Notes under the pieces: generated by a model | The model's input: only the letters and a program-made list of their open reading frames with translations | The model's database searches: none | Told to the model about the DNA's origin: nothing | Made by a program: the position numbers and the translations under genes | Source of the DNA: Cyanobacteriota bacterium | Lineage (GTDB): Bacteria > Cyanobacteriota > Cyanobacteriia > Thermostichales > Thermostichaceae | Assembly: GCA_033764955.1 (NCBI GenBank) | Contig: JANRIL010000039.1 | Location: 1-43,697, forward strand | Direction: 5' to 3' | DNA: 43,697 bases | Shown here: one piece after another, positions 9,092-20,490 of the stretch | Layout: every line of letters begins with the position of its first letter | How positions within the stretch are numbered: the first letter of the stretch is position 1

Positions 9092-10555
9092 ATGAAGATC
9101 GTTAAACAAACGGCTGATCAATTAATCGCCGGTCAAAACGGACAAACTTTTTTATTAATTTTTGGATTATTCTGGCTAGCACCTTGCTTGTTTGCAGTGT
9201 TTAGTATTCTCTATGGGGCGGGAGTGATGGAACTCACCTGCCAGCGTTCATCTAGCCAGACGATTACCTGTGAAAAAAAACAATCTCGCTTCTTTGGTTT
9301 TACGCAAGATCAGCCTATCACTATTCAACAATTGACAGGATCCCGTCTTTTACAAGAAACTCGTGAGGATGATGATGGGGATGATTATAACGTTTATCAA
9401 GCTATTTTATTAGATCTGAATAGTCCTGTTCCTATTACCGAATTTTCTACTGAATATCGACAAAAAAAACGAATTGTTGATCAAGTCAGTTTATTTATCT
9501 CGTCTACTCAGTCGGATCTGACACTTCACCGCGATCAGCGTTGGACATTGCAAGGAATATTTCCCCTAATTTTTATGATCCCTTTTGTGTTTGTTGGGGT
9601 AGGGATGATAGCCGGAGGCTTGTATAGCCGATTCTTTGTCTTTGATCGAGTCATGAATCGACTTTACTTAAAATCATCCATTACCCCGCTTTGGCAATGG
9701 CAAGAAGAATATCCTCTCTATGAAATTAACGCTATCGATCTCAACGAAGACAAAGACAGTGATGGAGATGCTGTTTATGAAGCTGAGGTTGTCTTGATCT
9801 CTGGCAAACGGCTGAGCCTATATCGCACCAGCAACCGTTCTGAAGCAGAAAAGATTAGCCAGCCTGTTCAACAGTTTTTATCTCATACATTACCTGCTCA
9901 TGCTGAGTTTCACCGCCAAACTAAATCTTTGCCATCTGACCATTCCTCACCTGAAAGCCAGACAGAAGCTATATCTAAAGCTTCTAACTCTTCCGTAATT
10001 TTAGTGGGCAAGTATGGCACTTATTCAACCCAAAATCGTTTGATTGAGACGATGCCCGCCCCTCAACATTGTCATCATCGGGAGTTACTAAGTTTAGGCT
10101 TTGAGTCTCTAGGAGATTTACAGGTTGAAAAAATGTCTCTGATGTTGTGGGGCTATGCGCATGCTGAGGCCGATATGTATGCCGTTCTTTACGATATGGG
10201 ATCCGACGAGGATAGGGTTGAGTTGCCCCCCATCCTTGATTTTTATACTATGTTTTCTAATGGAGCCTCGCTAACAACCTCCACCATGAAGTCCTGGATT
10301 AACGATCTGCCTGAGTACAAAATTTTCCGGAACGCTTATCCCAATGCCTCCATTCCTGAATTGTATAATCAGCATTTTAAACGGGTGATCGAACTCATCC
10401 CCCAATTGGGAAGTCCCCGCCCAACAGGGAATTTGCGCTATTTGGCAGCTAGCCTCGACGACTATCGCCGTCGTGAACCTTCCGGTTTTGGCATCAAAAT
10501 TCTTCTCTATGCTCGCCCCATTTGGTCATGGCTCATGACGGGTAAAGTGATGTAA
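9092..10555 (+). CDS. Hypothetical membrane protein (2 TM, internal repeat, extra C-terminal domain)
   Basis: Long ORF (TTG 9068 or ATG 9092) with two hydrophobic segments and repeated acidic DxDG motifs. Confidence 0.75.
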   Translation: MKIVKQTADQLIAGQNGQTFLLIFGLFWLAPCLFAVFSILYGAGVMELTCQRSSSQTITCEKKQSRFFGFTQDQPITIQQLTGSRLLQETREDDDGDDYNVYQAILLDLNSPVPITEFSTEYRQKKRIVDQVSLFISSTQSDLTLHRDQRWTLQGIFPLIFMIPFVFVGVGMIAGGLYSRFFVFDRVMNRLYLKSSITPLWQWQEEYPLYEINAIDLNEDKDSDGDAVYEAEVVLISGKRLSLYRTSNRSEAEKISQPVQQFLSHTLPAHAEFHRQTKSLPSDHSSPESQTEAISKASNSSVILVGKYGTYSTQNRLIETMPAPQHCHHRELLSLGFESLGDLQVEKMSLMLWGYAHAEADMYAVLYDMGSDEDRVELPPILDFYTMFSNGASLTTSTMKSWINDLPEYKIFRNAYPNASIPELYNQHFKRVIELIPQLGSPRPTGNLRYLAASLDDYRRREPSGFGIKILLYARPIWSWLMTGKVM

Positions 10556-10649
10556 AAAAGAGAAGATTGTGAAAAAGAGAAAACACCGAGAATCACCCTT
10601 GATCCCAAAGGTGTGTCCATCTAAAGTAACCTCTTCTTAAGATCAAGAA

Positions 10650-10679
10650 TTTATCCCAGATTTAATCTCCTATTAACCA
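10650..10679 (+). promoter_or_regulatory. Candidate SphR/PhoB Pho box (three 8-mers, 11-bp period)
   Basis: TTTATCCC-aga-TTTAATCT-cct-ATTAACCA resembles the cyanobacterial PyTTAAPyPy(T/A)-N3 repeat and lies upstream of a phosphonate-type transporter. Confidence 0.5.
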
Positions 10680-10803
10680 GGATCCAGGCCAATCCCCCTG
10701 ATGATATTAGCGAAACACTGACTATCCCCTGTCCAGGGATCCCTACTCTCGCGGCAACAGTTAGGTGAGCGTGATTCCTCGTAGGAAACATGTCTTGCTT
10801 TGC

Positions 10804-10831
10804 CTTTACCTGGTTTAACTAAACTTCACAG
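10804..10831 (+). promoter_or_regulatory. Second OmpR-type direct-repeat array (Pho-box- or HLR1-like)
   Basis: CTTTACCT-gg-TTTAACTA-aa-CTTCACAG, with a 10-bp period. Confidence 0.35.
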
Positions 10832-10942
10832 GTTTTTGTTGGATAACGTGGCTGGTTGTCTTGCTAAACCTGAATTTTCACTCCACATCAAACTTATCCT
10901 GTCTTAGCTTTTTTGAGTTCATCGCTGGTCTGAAAAGAGGAT

Positions 10943-12007
10943 GTGTATTTTATGTTGAGATCTCATAAAAGGTTGGTAGCTTTGTTGGCATTTTTGTTGC
11001 CCTTAGTCTTGGCACTAGGCTTTGGGATCCCCTGGGCTACGGCTCAGGATGATACCACCATCAATGTCTACACCGCGTTAGAAGACGATCAAATTGCGGG
11101 TTACCTGCCCAAGTTTCAAGCGGCTCACCCCGATATCAAAGTCAACATCGTGCGAGATTCCACCGGAGTTGTGACAGCCAAACTCCTAGCCGAGAAAGAT
11201 AACCCCCAGGCGGATGCGATTTGGGGTTTGGCGGCTACTAGCTTGCTGGTGGCCGATCAACAGGGCATGTTAGAACCTTTTGCTCCCGACGGATTGGATC
11301 GCATTTTGCCGGAATTTCGAGATAGCCAAGATCCTCCCCATTGGGTGGGAATTGACACCTATTTCTCTGCCTTCTGCGTCAACACGGTGGAACTGAAGAA
11401 GCGTAACCTGCCCATGCCCACCTCCTGGGCGGATCTGACCAAGCCCGATTACCAGGGGCAGATTGTCATGTCTAACCCCGCTTCCTCCGGCACTGGCTTT
11501 TTGTCGGTAGCCACTCTTTTACAGATGAAAGGGGAGGCGGAAGGCTGGAAATACCTGGATGCCCTGCACCAAAACATCGCCCAATACATGCACTCTGGCT
11601 CGAAGCCCTGCCGTACTGCCGGAGCCGGAGAATATGTTATAGGCATCTCCTTTGACTACCGAGCCATCAAACAAAAAGCTGATGGGGAGCCGATTCAGCC
11701 TGTTTTCCCCGCCGAGGGATCCGGTTGGGAAGTGGAGGCCAATGCCTTGGTTAAAAAGGCCGCCATCAAAGAGTCCGCCAAAACCTTCCTCAGTTGGGCA
11801 ATCAGCGACGAGATCATGCAGGAATATGCCAAAAGCTTTCCTGTGACCGCCGCCAAAACCGATGTGGCGATTCCCGAAGGGTATCCTGCTGATCCGGTGG
11901 CGCAGTTGTTTAAGGGCAACGATCTGAAGTGGGCCGCCGCCAACCGTGAGCGCATTCTCAAACAGTGGACAGAAAAGTATGATGCCAAGTCGGAACCCAA
12001 AACCTAG
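10943..12007 (+). CDS. Putative 2-aminoethylphosphonate ABC transporter substrate-binding protein (PhnS2/AepX-like)
   Basis: Signal peptide, [66 protein letters not shown]. Confidence 0.85.
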   Translation: MYFMLRSHKRLVALLAFLLPLVLALGFGIPWATAQDDTTINVYTALEDDQIAGYLPKFQAAHPDIKVNIVRDSTGVVTAKLLAEKDNPQADAIWGLAATSLLVADQQGMLEPFAPDGLDRILPEFRDSQDPPHWVGIDTYFSAFCVNTVELKKRNLPMPTSWADLTKPDYQGQIVMSNPASSGTGFLSVATLLQMKGEAEGWKYLDALHQNIAQYMHSGSKPCRTAGAGEYVIGISFDYRAIKQKADGEPIQPVFPAEGSGWEVEANALVKKAAIKESAKTFLSWAISDEIMQEYAKSFPVTAAKTDVAIPEGYPADPVAQLFKGNDLKWAAANRERILKQWTEKYDAKSEPKT

Positions 12008-12071
12008 GGGCTAGTCATGGCACTACTCAGGTAGTGGGTGAATGAGCGGCTGAGTTAACCTCCCTTCCCAC

Positions 12072-12112
12072 GGCTCCTTTTCCCAAGATGGATAGGGTTG
12101 GGGAAGGGAGCC
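12072..12112 (+). terminator. Intercistronic stem-loop after the SBP gene
   Basis: GGCTCCTTTTCCCAA (12072-12086) pairs with TTGGGGAAGGGAGCC (12098-12112) using G-U pairs. There is no U-tract, so it is more likely an mRNA stabiliser or attenuator. Confidence 0.55.
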
Positions 12113-12147
12113 CTTCTGCAAATCAACTATCTTAGGGATCTTTAGCC

Positions 12148-13308
12148 ATGCCCGATCTGCGCCCTGTTGAGGAATCCTCTATTCCTGCCGTGCTGCCCAC
12201 CGCCGGAGCTGGGGTTGCGGATCCCTATCTGCATCTCCGTCACATCCACAAGCGATTTGGGAGTTTCACCGCTTTGCAGGAGATTGATTTAGCGGTGCAG
12301 CGGGGTGAGTTTATTTGTCTATTAGGACCGAGTGGCTGTGGCAAAACCACCCTTCTCCGGATCATGGCTGGCTTAGAGAAGCCGGATAGCGGGCAGATCT
12401 GGCAGGGGGGACGAGAGATCACGACTCTGCCCCCAGCCCAGCGGGACTTTGGCATTGTCTTTCAAAGCTACGCCCTTTTTCCCAACCTGACCGCTGCCGA
12501 CAACATCGCCTATGGCTTGGTCAACGCAGGGATGCCCAAACGGCAACGACAGCAAAAAGTGGAGGAGTTGCTGGCTCTCGTCGGCTTGTCGGGATCCGAG
12601 GGCAAATATCCGGCTCAACTCTCCGGTGGGCAGCAGCAACGAATTGCCCTAGCAAGAGCTTTGGCGCTCTCTCCCGGCCTGCTGCTGTTGGATGAACCCC
12701 TCTCCGCCCTCGATGCTCAGGTGCGAGCCAATCTGCGGGGAGAGATTGCCCAACTGCAAAAGCGATTAGGGGTAACCACCGTCATGGTCACCCACGATCA
12801 ACTGGAAGCCCTCACCATGGCGGATCGAATTGTCGTGATGAACCAGGGATCCATCGTACAGGTGGGATCCCCTTGGCAGATCTATCACCATCCTGCCAGC
12901 CCCTTTGTGGCTCGTTTTATCGGCATGATGAACTTCTTGCCCGCCGTTATCCAGACCAGCGATGGAGGGGGGGTGGGGGTGCGCTGTCGGGACTACCCGC
13001 TGCGAGTGGTCTCTGCCCAGTCATGGCCGATCGGATCGGCGGTGAACCTGGCAATACGACCCGAAGATATTCGACTAGGATCCCTAGACTATGAGACGGA
13101 AAATACTTTGACCGCAGAGGTGCTGCGCTCGGAGTTTCTTGGATCGGTTTATCGCCTGTGGTTGCGGGTGGGAGATGGATTGGAATTGGTGGCTGATGTC
13201 TCCGCCCAAGCGTCCCGCCATCTAGGTCATGAAACCAGGCTGCGGCTTCAGTTGCCCAGCCAGCATATCCTGCTGTTTGCCGATGCTAACCCTCTCCCCG
13301 CCCAATGA
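12148..13308 (+). CDS. ABC transporter ATP-binding protein (PhnT2-like)
   Basis: Walker [29 protein letters not shown] and a C-terminal TOBE-like region. Confidence 0.9.
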   Translation: MPDLRPVEESSIPAVLPTAGAGVADPYLHLRHIHKRFGSFTALQEIDLAVQRGEFICLLGPSGCGKTTLLRIMAGLEKPDSGQIWQGGREITTLPPAQRDFGIVFQSYALFPNLTAADNIAYGLVNAGMPKRQRQQKVEELLALVGLSGSEGKYPAQLSGGQQQRIALARALALSPGLLLLDEPLSALDAQVRANLRGEIAQLQKRLGVTTVMVTHDQLEALTMADRIVVMNQGSIVQVGSPWQIYHHPASPFVARFIGMMNFLPAVIQTSDGGGVGVRCRDYPLRVVSAQSWPIGSAVNLAIRPEDIRLGSLDYETENTLTAEVLRSEFLGSVYRLWLRVGDGLELVADVSAQASRHLGHETRLRLQLPSQHILLFADANPLPAQ

Positions 13309-13335
13309 TTCACTGATTCACTTAGACTGATTCAC
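13306..13335 (+). repeat. Short tandem repeat TGATTCAC x3
   Basis: Copies at 13306, 13314 and 13328 in the ATPase-permease spacer. Confidence 0.7.
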
Positions 13336-13352
13336 TTCGGAGGATCCCCATC

Positions 13353-15098
13353 ATGGTGACCAGGCTAACCACCCCCGCGGGCTCCCCACCTCCACCCCTG
13401 CGGGTTGCTGCTTTTTCAGAAGTCTGGGTGCAACGGGTCTTAATTGGGGCTGTGGCGCTCTGGCTGCTGGGGGTGGTGATCCTCCCCTTGGCGGAAATCG
13501 TCGGGCGCAGTCTGCTCAATGCAGAAGGAGAATGGGTGGGTCTCGCCAACTACTACACCTATTTCACCACGCCAGGGCTATCGGTTTCCCTCAGCAATAC
13601 GCTATGGGTGACGCTGAGCAGCACCTTAATTTCAGTCATTTTGGGCTTGGGCTTTGCCTATGCTCTGACCCGTACCTGTATGCCTGGGAAAGGGATCCTG
13701 CGGTTAGTGGCGATGCTACCCCTTTATTTGCCCTCCCTGGCTCAGGCGATTGGGTTGATCTATTTGTTTGGCAATCAAGGGTTAATTTCAACCGGATTCT
13801 TTGGCTGGTTACCGGAGTGGCGGATCCCTCTCTATGGTCGGATCGGCATCATCTTGGGGGAGGTGATCTATTGTTTTCCCCAAGCGGTTTTGATCTTAAG
13901 TACGGCTCTTTTGCTAGCAGATGCCCGCCTTTATGAGGCCAGTATTGCCCTGCGAACCTCCCCCTGGAGAACCTTTTGGACAGTTACGTTGCCGGGTATC
14001 CGCTTTGGTCTGGTCAGTGCTATTTTTGTCTGTTTTACCCTGGTGTTTACGGATTTTGGGGTGCCCAAGGTGGTGGGAGGCAATTTCAATGTCCTAGCCA
14101 CCGATATCTATAAGCAGGTGATTGGCCAGCAAAATCTGGTGATGGGGGCAACCATCAGTGTTTTGATGATACTGCCCACGGGCATTGCCTTTATTATTGA
14201 CCGCCTTGTTCAACAGCGACAGGTGGCGATGGTGGGTAGCCGTGTGGTGCCTTTACAACCCCGCCCTCAGCCTTGGCTGGACTGGGTATCTTTTGCCTTT
14301 TGTGCCCTCCTGGCGGGGATCATCCTGTTGGTGATGGCAGCGTTGCTAGTGGCCTCGTTGGTGAAGGTTTGGCCTTATCAACTCAGCCCCAGCCTGCGCC
14401 ACTACAACCTGAATGCGGTGGCTGGAGGGGGTTATGCAGCCTATGGGAATAGCCTACGGATGTCGGTCTACACAGCGATTGCTGGAACGAGCATTGTTTT
14501 TGTCAGTGCCTATCTGGTGGAAAAATGCCGTGCATGGCAGCCCATCCGTTCTCTCATCTATCTGGCCTCTACCCTGCCTGTGGCGCTGCCAGGATTGGTC
14601 TTGGGACTGGCCTATATCTTTTTCTTCAATACCCCCGACTGGGGAGGGATCCCTAATCCCCTGCATGGTCTCTACAGCACGATGGCGCTGTTGGTGATCT
14701 GCAACATTGTCCATTTCTACACGGTGGGATTTCTGACGGCTAGCACTGCCCTCAAACAACTGGATCCTGAGTTTGAAGCGGTGGCATCCTCTCTAAAAGT
14801 GCCCTTTTACCAAACCTTTTGGCGAGTCACCTTGCCCCTTTGCTTGCCTGCTATTTTGCAGATCGGCACTTTTTTCTTTGTCCAAACGATGGTTACGGTT
14901 TCGGCGGTCATCTTTCTCTATCCACCAGATTTACGGCTGGCCTCGGTAGCCGTCGTCAACATGGATGATGCGGGCAATGTCGCTTCGGCGGCGGCGATGT
15001 CTACGTTAATTGTTTTGACCAGCTTAGCCATCCAAGCCCTCTATTGGGCAGCCACCCAACGCCTACGGCGGTGGAGTCAAGCTTGGCAACAGCGTTGA
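13353..15098 (+). CDS. ABC transporter permease, fused double domain (PhnU2-like)
   Basis: Many TM segments, two EAA-like loops ([16 protein letters not shown]) and [29 protein letters not shown]. Confidence 0.88.
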   Translation: MVTRLTTPAGSPPPPLRVAAFSEVWVQRVLIGAVALWLLGVVILPLAEIVGRSLLNAEGEWVGLANYYTYFTTPGLSVSLSNTLWVTLSSTLISVILGLGFAYALTRTCMPGKGILRLVAMLPLYLPSLAQAIGLIYLFGNQGLISTGFFGWLPEWRIPLYGRIGIILGEVIYCFPQAVLILSTALLLADARLYEASIALRTSPWRTFWTVTLPGIRFGLVSAIFVCFTLVFTDFGVPKVVGGNFNVLATDIYKQVIGQQNLVMGATISVLMILPTGIAFIIDRLVQQRQVAMVGSRVVPLQPRPQPWLDWVSFAFCALLAGIILLVMAALLVASLVKVWPYQLSPSLRHYNLNAVAGGGYAAYGNSLRMSVYTAIAGTSIVFVSAYLVEKCRAWQPIRSLIYLASTLPVALPGLVLGLAYIFFFNTPDWGGIPNPLHGLYSTMALLVICNIVHFYTVGFLTASTALKQLDPEFEAVASSLKVPFYQTFWRVTLPLCLPAILQIGTFFFVQTMVTVSAVIFLYPPDLRLASVAVVNMDDAGNVASAAAMSTLIVLTSLAIQALYWAATQRLRRWSQAWQQR

Positions 15099-15249
15099 TT
15101 GTCAGTCAAGCAAAGAAGCTTTAGGTGTGTTGTGCTCAGGCATCTTGTGTATAGAATTTATCATAGAAGAGTGCCAAGTCATTCTGGATATAGTTCAGAT
15201 CAAGATTCCATATCAATTCAAGATATAGTTCAACAAAGCTAGGGAAGGA

Positions 15250-15606
15250 ATGCTAGAAAGTTTCCAACGGATCAGCCCCACAGGGATGATGGTGACAATT
15301 ATCCAATTTAGTCAGACGACTCTCACGGCAGCCAATGCTTATGTGGTGAAGGAAAAGTTAGGGGAGATTTTGACCAATCCCCAGCCCCTCTTGATCGACT
15401 TGAGCCATCTCATCCTGGTAGATAGTATGGGCATCTCGGTCTTGGTGTCGGCTTTGCGCTCCTGCCGGAGTCATCAGCAGCCTCTCAAACTCGCAGGGCT
15501 GCAAGAATCGGTCAAGATGATTTTTTCTATTACCCAACTGGATGCCCTATTCAGCATCTATGACACGTTGGAGGCAGCTCTGGCGGACTTTAGCTTTTCC
15601 CCCTAG
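15250..15606 (+). CDS. STAS-domain anti-sigma-factor antagonist
   Basis: LLIDLSHLILVDSMGISVLV with the phosphorylatable Ser, and VKMIFSITQLDALFSIY. Confidence 0.88.
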   Translation: MLESFQRISPTGMMVTIIQFSQTTLTAANAYVVKEKLGEILTNPQPLLIDLSHLILVDSMGISVLVSALRSCRSHQQPLKLAGLQESVKMIFSITQLDALFSIYDTLEAALADFSFSP

Positions 15607-16045
15607 AGGAATTGACTGCCGATAGGCCATTATCATCTGTATCGGGATCCAAAGTGCTGAAGGGATCCACCTCCGGTAGAGCGGGTTTGCGGGGTTGCCG
15701 ATGCGCCAACCGCCAAGCTACCCATCCCCCGGCAATCACACCCGCCAACCCCCAGAGACTTCGGTAGTGCCAAGGCTGGAGAGATGGCATGGCCTCTCTA
15801 GAGGGGAAAGACCAAAAACTGGCGGAAGATTCTTGGGGAGGGTGCTCGGATATTGCCAGAGAGCCTTCTCCAGTGGCTTGCAACGGGGCTTGCACTTGGT
15901 TCCCAACAACTGACTCACTCCAAGGCATGAAGCTCAAGGCAATCCCAGCCAGCACCCCCAGCAAAGGGAATTTTCCCCATACCCCTGTCACAATTGATCG
16001 CCTCACGCCGTCGCTTCCCCCCCCTAGCTTCACTCTCCGCTCCAA
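15590..16045 (-). CDS. Hypothetical membrane protein
   Basis: Two hydrophobic segments (LLGVLAGIALSF, LWGLAGVIAGGWVAW). It fills the gap divergent from chlH, and the start is uncertain. Confidence 0.5.
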   Translation of the reverse strand: MERRVKLGGGSDGVRRSIVTGVWGKFPLLGVLAGIALSFMPWSESVVGNQVQAPLQATGEGSLAISEHPPQESSASFWSFPSREAMPSLQPWHYRSLWGLAGVIAGGWVAWRLAHRQPRKPALPEVDPFSTLDPDTDDNGLSAVNSSRGKS

Positions 16046-16425
16046 GGGATCCCCCTCCTACTTGTGAAAGTACACCAACATGAGCAACCTGGGATCCCCT
16101 CCTATCCAGTCTTCCCCGCCCACTCTGGGGATCCCCTGCTGCTTTCTGTAACAAAGAATTGCGTTTTGTTAACACGCCCCCTTTAGTTTCTGGGATTTGA
16201 CCCACTCTCTGATACAACGAAAGGGCAGCCATAGGAAAGAATACCCCCTTTGTATCTACCTGTCTCCACCGACTGAGACTCGGCAAGCAGCCTGAGATAG
16301 CTTGATTGTTGTCAATTTTGTTGTCAACTTTATCCTGGTTAGTTCGCAAGCATTGTCTCTAGCGTTGGGGCTGGGTTCTGCAATCTGGCTGATTTGCACT
16401 TTTGAATTGTCTAGGGAGCCTGAGC

Positions 16426-19400
16426 ATGTTCACTTTGGTGAAGCCGACCATCCGCCACATTACCCCGACCGATTTGCAGAACCGAGTTTTGTTAAAAGTG
16501 GTTTACGTGGTGCTGGAACCGCAATATCAGAGTGCTTTGACAGCAGCCGTTCAATCCATCAATCGTCATCACCCCCACATGGCGGTTGAGATCAGTGGTT
16601 ACCTGATCGAAGAGCTACGGGATCCCGCTTTTTATGCTGATTTTCAACGAGATGTGGCTGAGGCCAATATTTTTATAGCTTCGTTGATTTTCATTGAAGA
16701 TTTAGCGGAAAAAGTCGTAGCGGCTGTTGAACCCCACCGAGATCGCTTGGATGCGGTGGTGGTGTTTCCCTCCATGCCACAGGTAATGCGACTCAATAAG
16801 CTGGGATCCTTTTCGATGGCGCAGTTGGGTCAGTCGAAGAGTGCGATTGCTCAGTTTATGCGGAAGCGGAAAGAGCAGTCTGGCTCCTCTTTTCAAGATG
16901 GCATGTTGAAGTTGCTGCAAACCCTCCCTAAGGTTTTGAAATATTTACCCATTGACAAAGCCCAGGATGCCCGCCATTTTATGCTCAGCTTTCAGTATTG
17001 GCTGGGGGGATCCGCTGAGAATTTGGAGAACTTTTTGTTGATGCTGGCGGATAAATATGTGCCAGCTTTGCAACATCAACTGAAATTCCAGGATCCCGTC
17101 ACCTATCCTGATATGGGTATCTGGCATCCCTTAGCAGGGGAGATGTTTGAAGATGTCCAAGCCTATCTCACCTGGTATCAAAATCGTCAAGATATTGGGG
17201 ATGATTTGAAGGATCCCCTCGCCCCCTGTGTGGGACTGGTTCTGCAACGTACCCATTTGGTAACAGGGGATGACGCCCACTATGTAGCAATGGTGCAGGA
17301 GCTGGAGTCGAAGGGTGCGAAGGTGATCCCAGTGTTTGCGGGTGGGCTAGATTGTTCCAAGCCTGTGGAGGCTTATTTTTGGCAACAGGGATCCCCATTG
17401 GTGGATGCGGTGGTCTCTCTCACCGGATTTGCCCTCGTGGGAGGTCCCGCTCGCCAGGATCACCCCAAGGCTATTGAGTCGCTGAAAAAACTGAACCGTC
17501 CCTATATGGTGGCCTTGCCTCTCGTTTTTCAAACCACGGAAGAGTGGGAGGAAAGCGATCTGGGTTTACATCCCGTGCAGGTGGCGCTGCAAATTGCCAT
17601 CCCTGAGTTGGATGGAGCCATCGATCCGATCATTTTGTCGGGGCGGGATGGTGCCACGGGCAAAGCGATTGCCCTACAAGATCGCATCGAACTGATCGCG
17701 GAACGAGCTTTCAAATGGGCTAATCTACGCCGTAAACCCAAGCTGAACAAAAAGCTCGCCATCACGGTGTTTAGCTTTCCCCCCGATAAGGGCAACGTCG
17801 GTACTGCCGCCTATTTAGATGTGTTTGCCTCGATTTATAAAGTGATGCAAGCTCTGCAAGGAAACGGCTATGAGATCGAGGATCTGCCGGCTTCCCCCGC
17901 TGATTTGATGAACGACATTTTGCACGATGCCCAAGCCCAATACGCTAGCCCTGAACTGAACATTGCCGCTCGCATTCCCCTACGGGAGTATGAAAACCTC
18001 ACTCCCTATTACGCCGGCATCGAAGCCTCTTGGGGACCTGCTCCGGGGCAACTTAATACCGACGGACAAAACATGTTGGTCTACGGCAAACACTACGGCA
18101 ATCTGTTTGTTGGGGTGCAGCCAACCTTCGGCTATGAAGGGGATCCGATGCGGTTACTTTTCTCCAAATCCGCCAGTCCCCACCACGGCTTTGCTGCCTA
18201 CTACACCTATCTGGAAAAAATCTGGCAGGCGGATGCCGTTCTGCATTTTGGCACCCACGGATCCCTGGAGTTTATGCCGGGGAAGCAGATTGGCATGTCT
18301 GGTCAATGCTATCCCGATAACCTGATCGGCTCCCTGCCCAACCTTTACTATTACGCCGCCAACAACCCCTCCGAAGCCACCATTGCCAAGCGGCGCGGTT
18401 ATGCCTGCACCATCAGCTATCTCACCCCCCCCGCCGAAAATGCCGGACTCTACAAAGGTTTGAAGGAATTGCGGGACTTGATCAGCTCCTACCAAAGTCT
18501 GCGGCAAGGGGGACGGGGCATTCAAATTGTCAACGCCATTCTGGATAAAGCCCGCTTGGTTAACCTCGATAAAGATGTGGTTCTGCCCAGCCAGGAAGCT
18601 CAGGATCTGTCCCTAGAGGAACGGGATACCGTCGTCGGACGGCTCTACAGCAAGCTGATGGAAATCGAGTCCCGCCTTTTGCCCTGTGGACTGCATGTGA
18701 TCGGGGATCCCCCCACCGCCAGCGAAGCCATCGCTACCCTGGTCAGCATTGCCAGTATTGACCGTCCCGAAGAGGGAATTTTGGGGTTGCCCCGCCTGAT
18801 CGCCCAAAGCATTAACCGCGACATTGACCAGATCTATCGGCAACGGGATCAAGGAGTGCTGGCGGATATTGAATTGCTCGATCAGATCAACCAAGCCTGT
18901 CAAAAAGCCGTGGCGGCTCTGGTTCAAGAACAAACCGATGCCGAAGGGCGTGTTTCCAAAGTCTCTAAACTCAACTTTTTTAACATGGGTCGGCCTGCCC
19001 CCTGGGTCAAAGCTCTCAAAGAGGCGGGCTACCCACAGGTGGATGGGGAGTTGTTGAAGCCCCTGTTTGAATTTTTGGAGGAATGCCTGAAACAGGTGAC
19101 CGCGGATCATGAACTGGGATCCCTGCTGCGCGCCCTAGAGGGGGAATACATCCTGCCAGGACCAGGGGGAGATCCGATCCGCAATCCGGGGGTATTGCCC
19201 ACCGGCAAAAACATCCATGCGTTAGATCCCCAGTCTATTCCCACGTCAGCAGCCATTCAATCAGCGGAAATCGTGGTGCAACGGCTTTTGGATCGGCAAC
19301 GGGCGGAGCAAGGGGGAAGCTATCCCGAAACTATCTCGGTGGTATTGTGGGGCACCGACAACATCAAAACCTATGGAGAATCACTGGCGCAAGTGCTCTG

Positions 19401-20385
19401 TTTGCTGGGAGTTCGCCCTCAGCCGGATGCCCTGGGTCGCATGAACAAGCTGCAACTGATTCCTTTGGCGGAATTGGGGCGACCCCGCATTGATGTCGTG
19501 GTCAACTGTTCGGGAGTTTTTCGAGATCTCTTTATTAACCAAATGGATCTCATTGATCGAGCCGTCAAATTAGCTGCCGAAGCGGATGAACCGTTGGAGC
19601 AAAATTTCATCCGCAAGCACGCCCAAGCTCAAGCCGCCGCGATGGGACTGACTCTGCGACAGGCCGCCACCCGCGTCTTTTCCAATGCGTCGGGATCCTA
19701 TTCTTCCAATGTCAATTTGGCCGTAGAAAATAGCACCTGGGAAAACGAAGCGGAGTTGCAGAATATGTATCTCAGCCGCAAATCTTTTGCCTTTGGATCC
19801 GACTTGGGCAATCAACAAATGCGGCAGATCTTCGAGGCTTCCCTCAAAACGGTGGAAGTCACCTTCCAAAACCTTGATTCCTCCGAAATTAGCCTCACCG
19901 ATGTTAGCCACTACTTTGACTCGGATCCCACCAAGCTAGTCGCCAGCCTGCGGGGAGACGGCAAAACTCCTGCCGCTTATATGGCGGATACCACCACCCC
20001 CAACGCCCAAATCCGCACCCTTTCCGAGACCGTCCGCCTGGATGCCCGCACCAAACTGCTCAATCCCAAGTGGTATGAAGGGATGCTCAAGCACGGCTAT
20101 GAAGGGGTAAGAGAAATTTCCAAGCGCCTCGTCAACACCTCCGGTTGGTCAGCCACCGCCGGAGCCGTTGATAACTGGGTCTACGAAGAAACCAATGCCA
20201 CCTTTATTACGGATGAAGCCATGCGGGAACGGCTCCTCAACCTCAACCCCCATTCCTTCCGCAAAATTGTCGGTTCTCTGCTAGAGGTGAACGGGCGAGG
20301 GTATTGGCAAACCTCCCAAGCCAACATCGAGAAACTACAAGAGCTGTATCAAGAGATCGAGGACAAGATTGAGGGGGTTGAGTAG
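16426..20385 (+). CDS. chlH: Magnesium chelatase subunit H
   Basis: [65 protein letters not shown] and a C-terminus ending IEDKIEGVE. Confidence 0.97.
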   Translation: MFTLVKPTIRHITPTDLQNRVLLKVVYVVLEPQYQSALTAAVQSINRHHPHMAVEISGYLIEELRDPAFYADFQRDVAEANIFIASLIFIEDLAEKVVAAVEPHRDRLDAVVVFPSMPQVMRLNKLGSFSMAQLGQSKSAIAQFMRKRKEQSGSSFQDGMLKLLQTLPKVLKYLPIDKAQDARHFMLSFQYWLGGSAENLENFLLMLADKYVPALQHQLKFQDPVTYPDMGIWHPLAGEMFEDVQAYLTWYQNRQDIGDDLKDPLAPCVGLVLQRTHLVTGDDAHYVAMVQELESKGAKVIPVFAGGLDCSKPVEAYFWQQGSPLVDAVVSLTGFALVGGPARQDHPKAIESLKKLNRPYMVALPLVFQTTEEWEESDLGLHPVQVALQIAIPELDGAIDPIILSGRDGATGKAIALQDRIELIAERAFKWANLRRKPKLNKKLAITVFSFPPDKGNVGTAAYLDVFASIYKVMQALQGNGYEIEDLPASPADLMNDILHDAQAQYASPELNIAARIPLREYENLTPYYAGIEASWGPAPGQLNTDGQNMLVYGKHYGNLFVGVQPTFGYEGDPMRLLFSKSASPHHGFAAYYTYLEKIWQADAVLHFGTHGSLEFMPGKQIGMSGQCYPDNLIGSLPNLYYYAANNPSEATIAKRRGYACTISYLTPPAENAGLYKGLKELRDLISSYQSLRQGGRGIQIVNAILDKARLVNLDKDVVLPSQEAQDLSLEERDTVVGRLYSKLMEIESRLLPCGLHVIGDPPTASEAIATLVSIASIDRPEEGILGLPRLIAQSINRDIDQIYRQRDQGVLADIELLDQINQACQKAVAALVQEQTDAEGRVSKVSKLNFFNMGRPAPWVKALKEAGYPQVDGELLKPLFEFLEECLKQVTADHELGSLLRALEGEYILPGPGGDPIRNPGVLPTGKNIHALDPQSIPTSAAIQSAEIVVQRLLDRQRAEQGGSYPETISVVLWGTDNIKTYGESLAQVLCLLGVRPQPDALGRMNKLQLIPLAELGRPRIDVVVNCSGVFRDLFINQMDLIDRAVKLAAEADEPLEQNFIRKHAQAQAAAMGLTLRQAATRVFSNASGSYSSNVNLAVENSTWENEAELQNMYLSRKSFAFGSDLGNQQMRQIFEASLKTVEVTFQNLDSSEISLTDVSHYFDSDPTKLVASLRGDGKTPAAYMADTTTPNAQIRTLSETVRLDARTKLLNPKWYEGMLKHGYEGVREISKRLVNTSGWSATAGAVDNWVYEETNATFITDEAMRERLLNLNPHSFRKIVGSLLEVNGRGYWQTSQANIEKLQELYQEIEDKIEGVE

Positions 20386-20415
20386 AGAGGAGGATCCCCC
20401 TGAGCATTCGTTCTG

Positions 20416-20447
20416 GGGCTATCCATACGAATGGGGAAATATAGCCC
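20416..20447. terminator. Hairpin between convergent chlH and msrA
   Basis: GGGCTAT...ATAGCCC with an inner CCAT/ATGG pair. Confidence 0.4.
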
Positions 20448-20490
20448 TTCCCTGTTAAATGAGAAACAGGGAGGGCACACTTCATTTTCA

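Noticed and set aside
10692..10743. Hammerhead-ribozyme-like CTGATGA...GAAAC...TGTC
   Set aside because: Stem II (TATTAGC) cannot close and the stem I partner is out of register by 2 nt.
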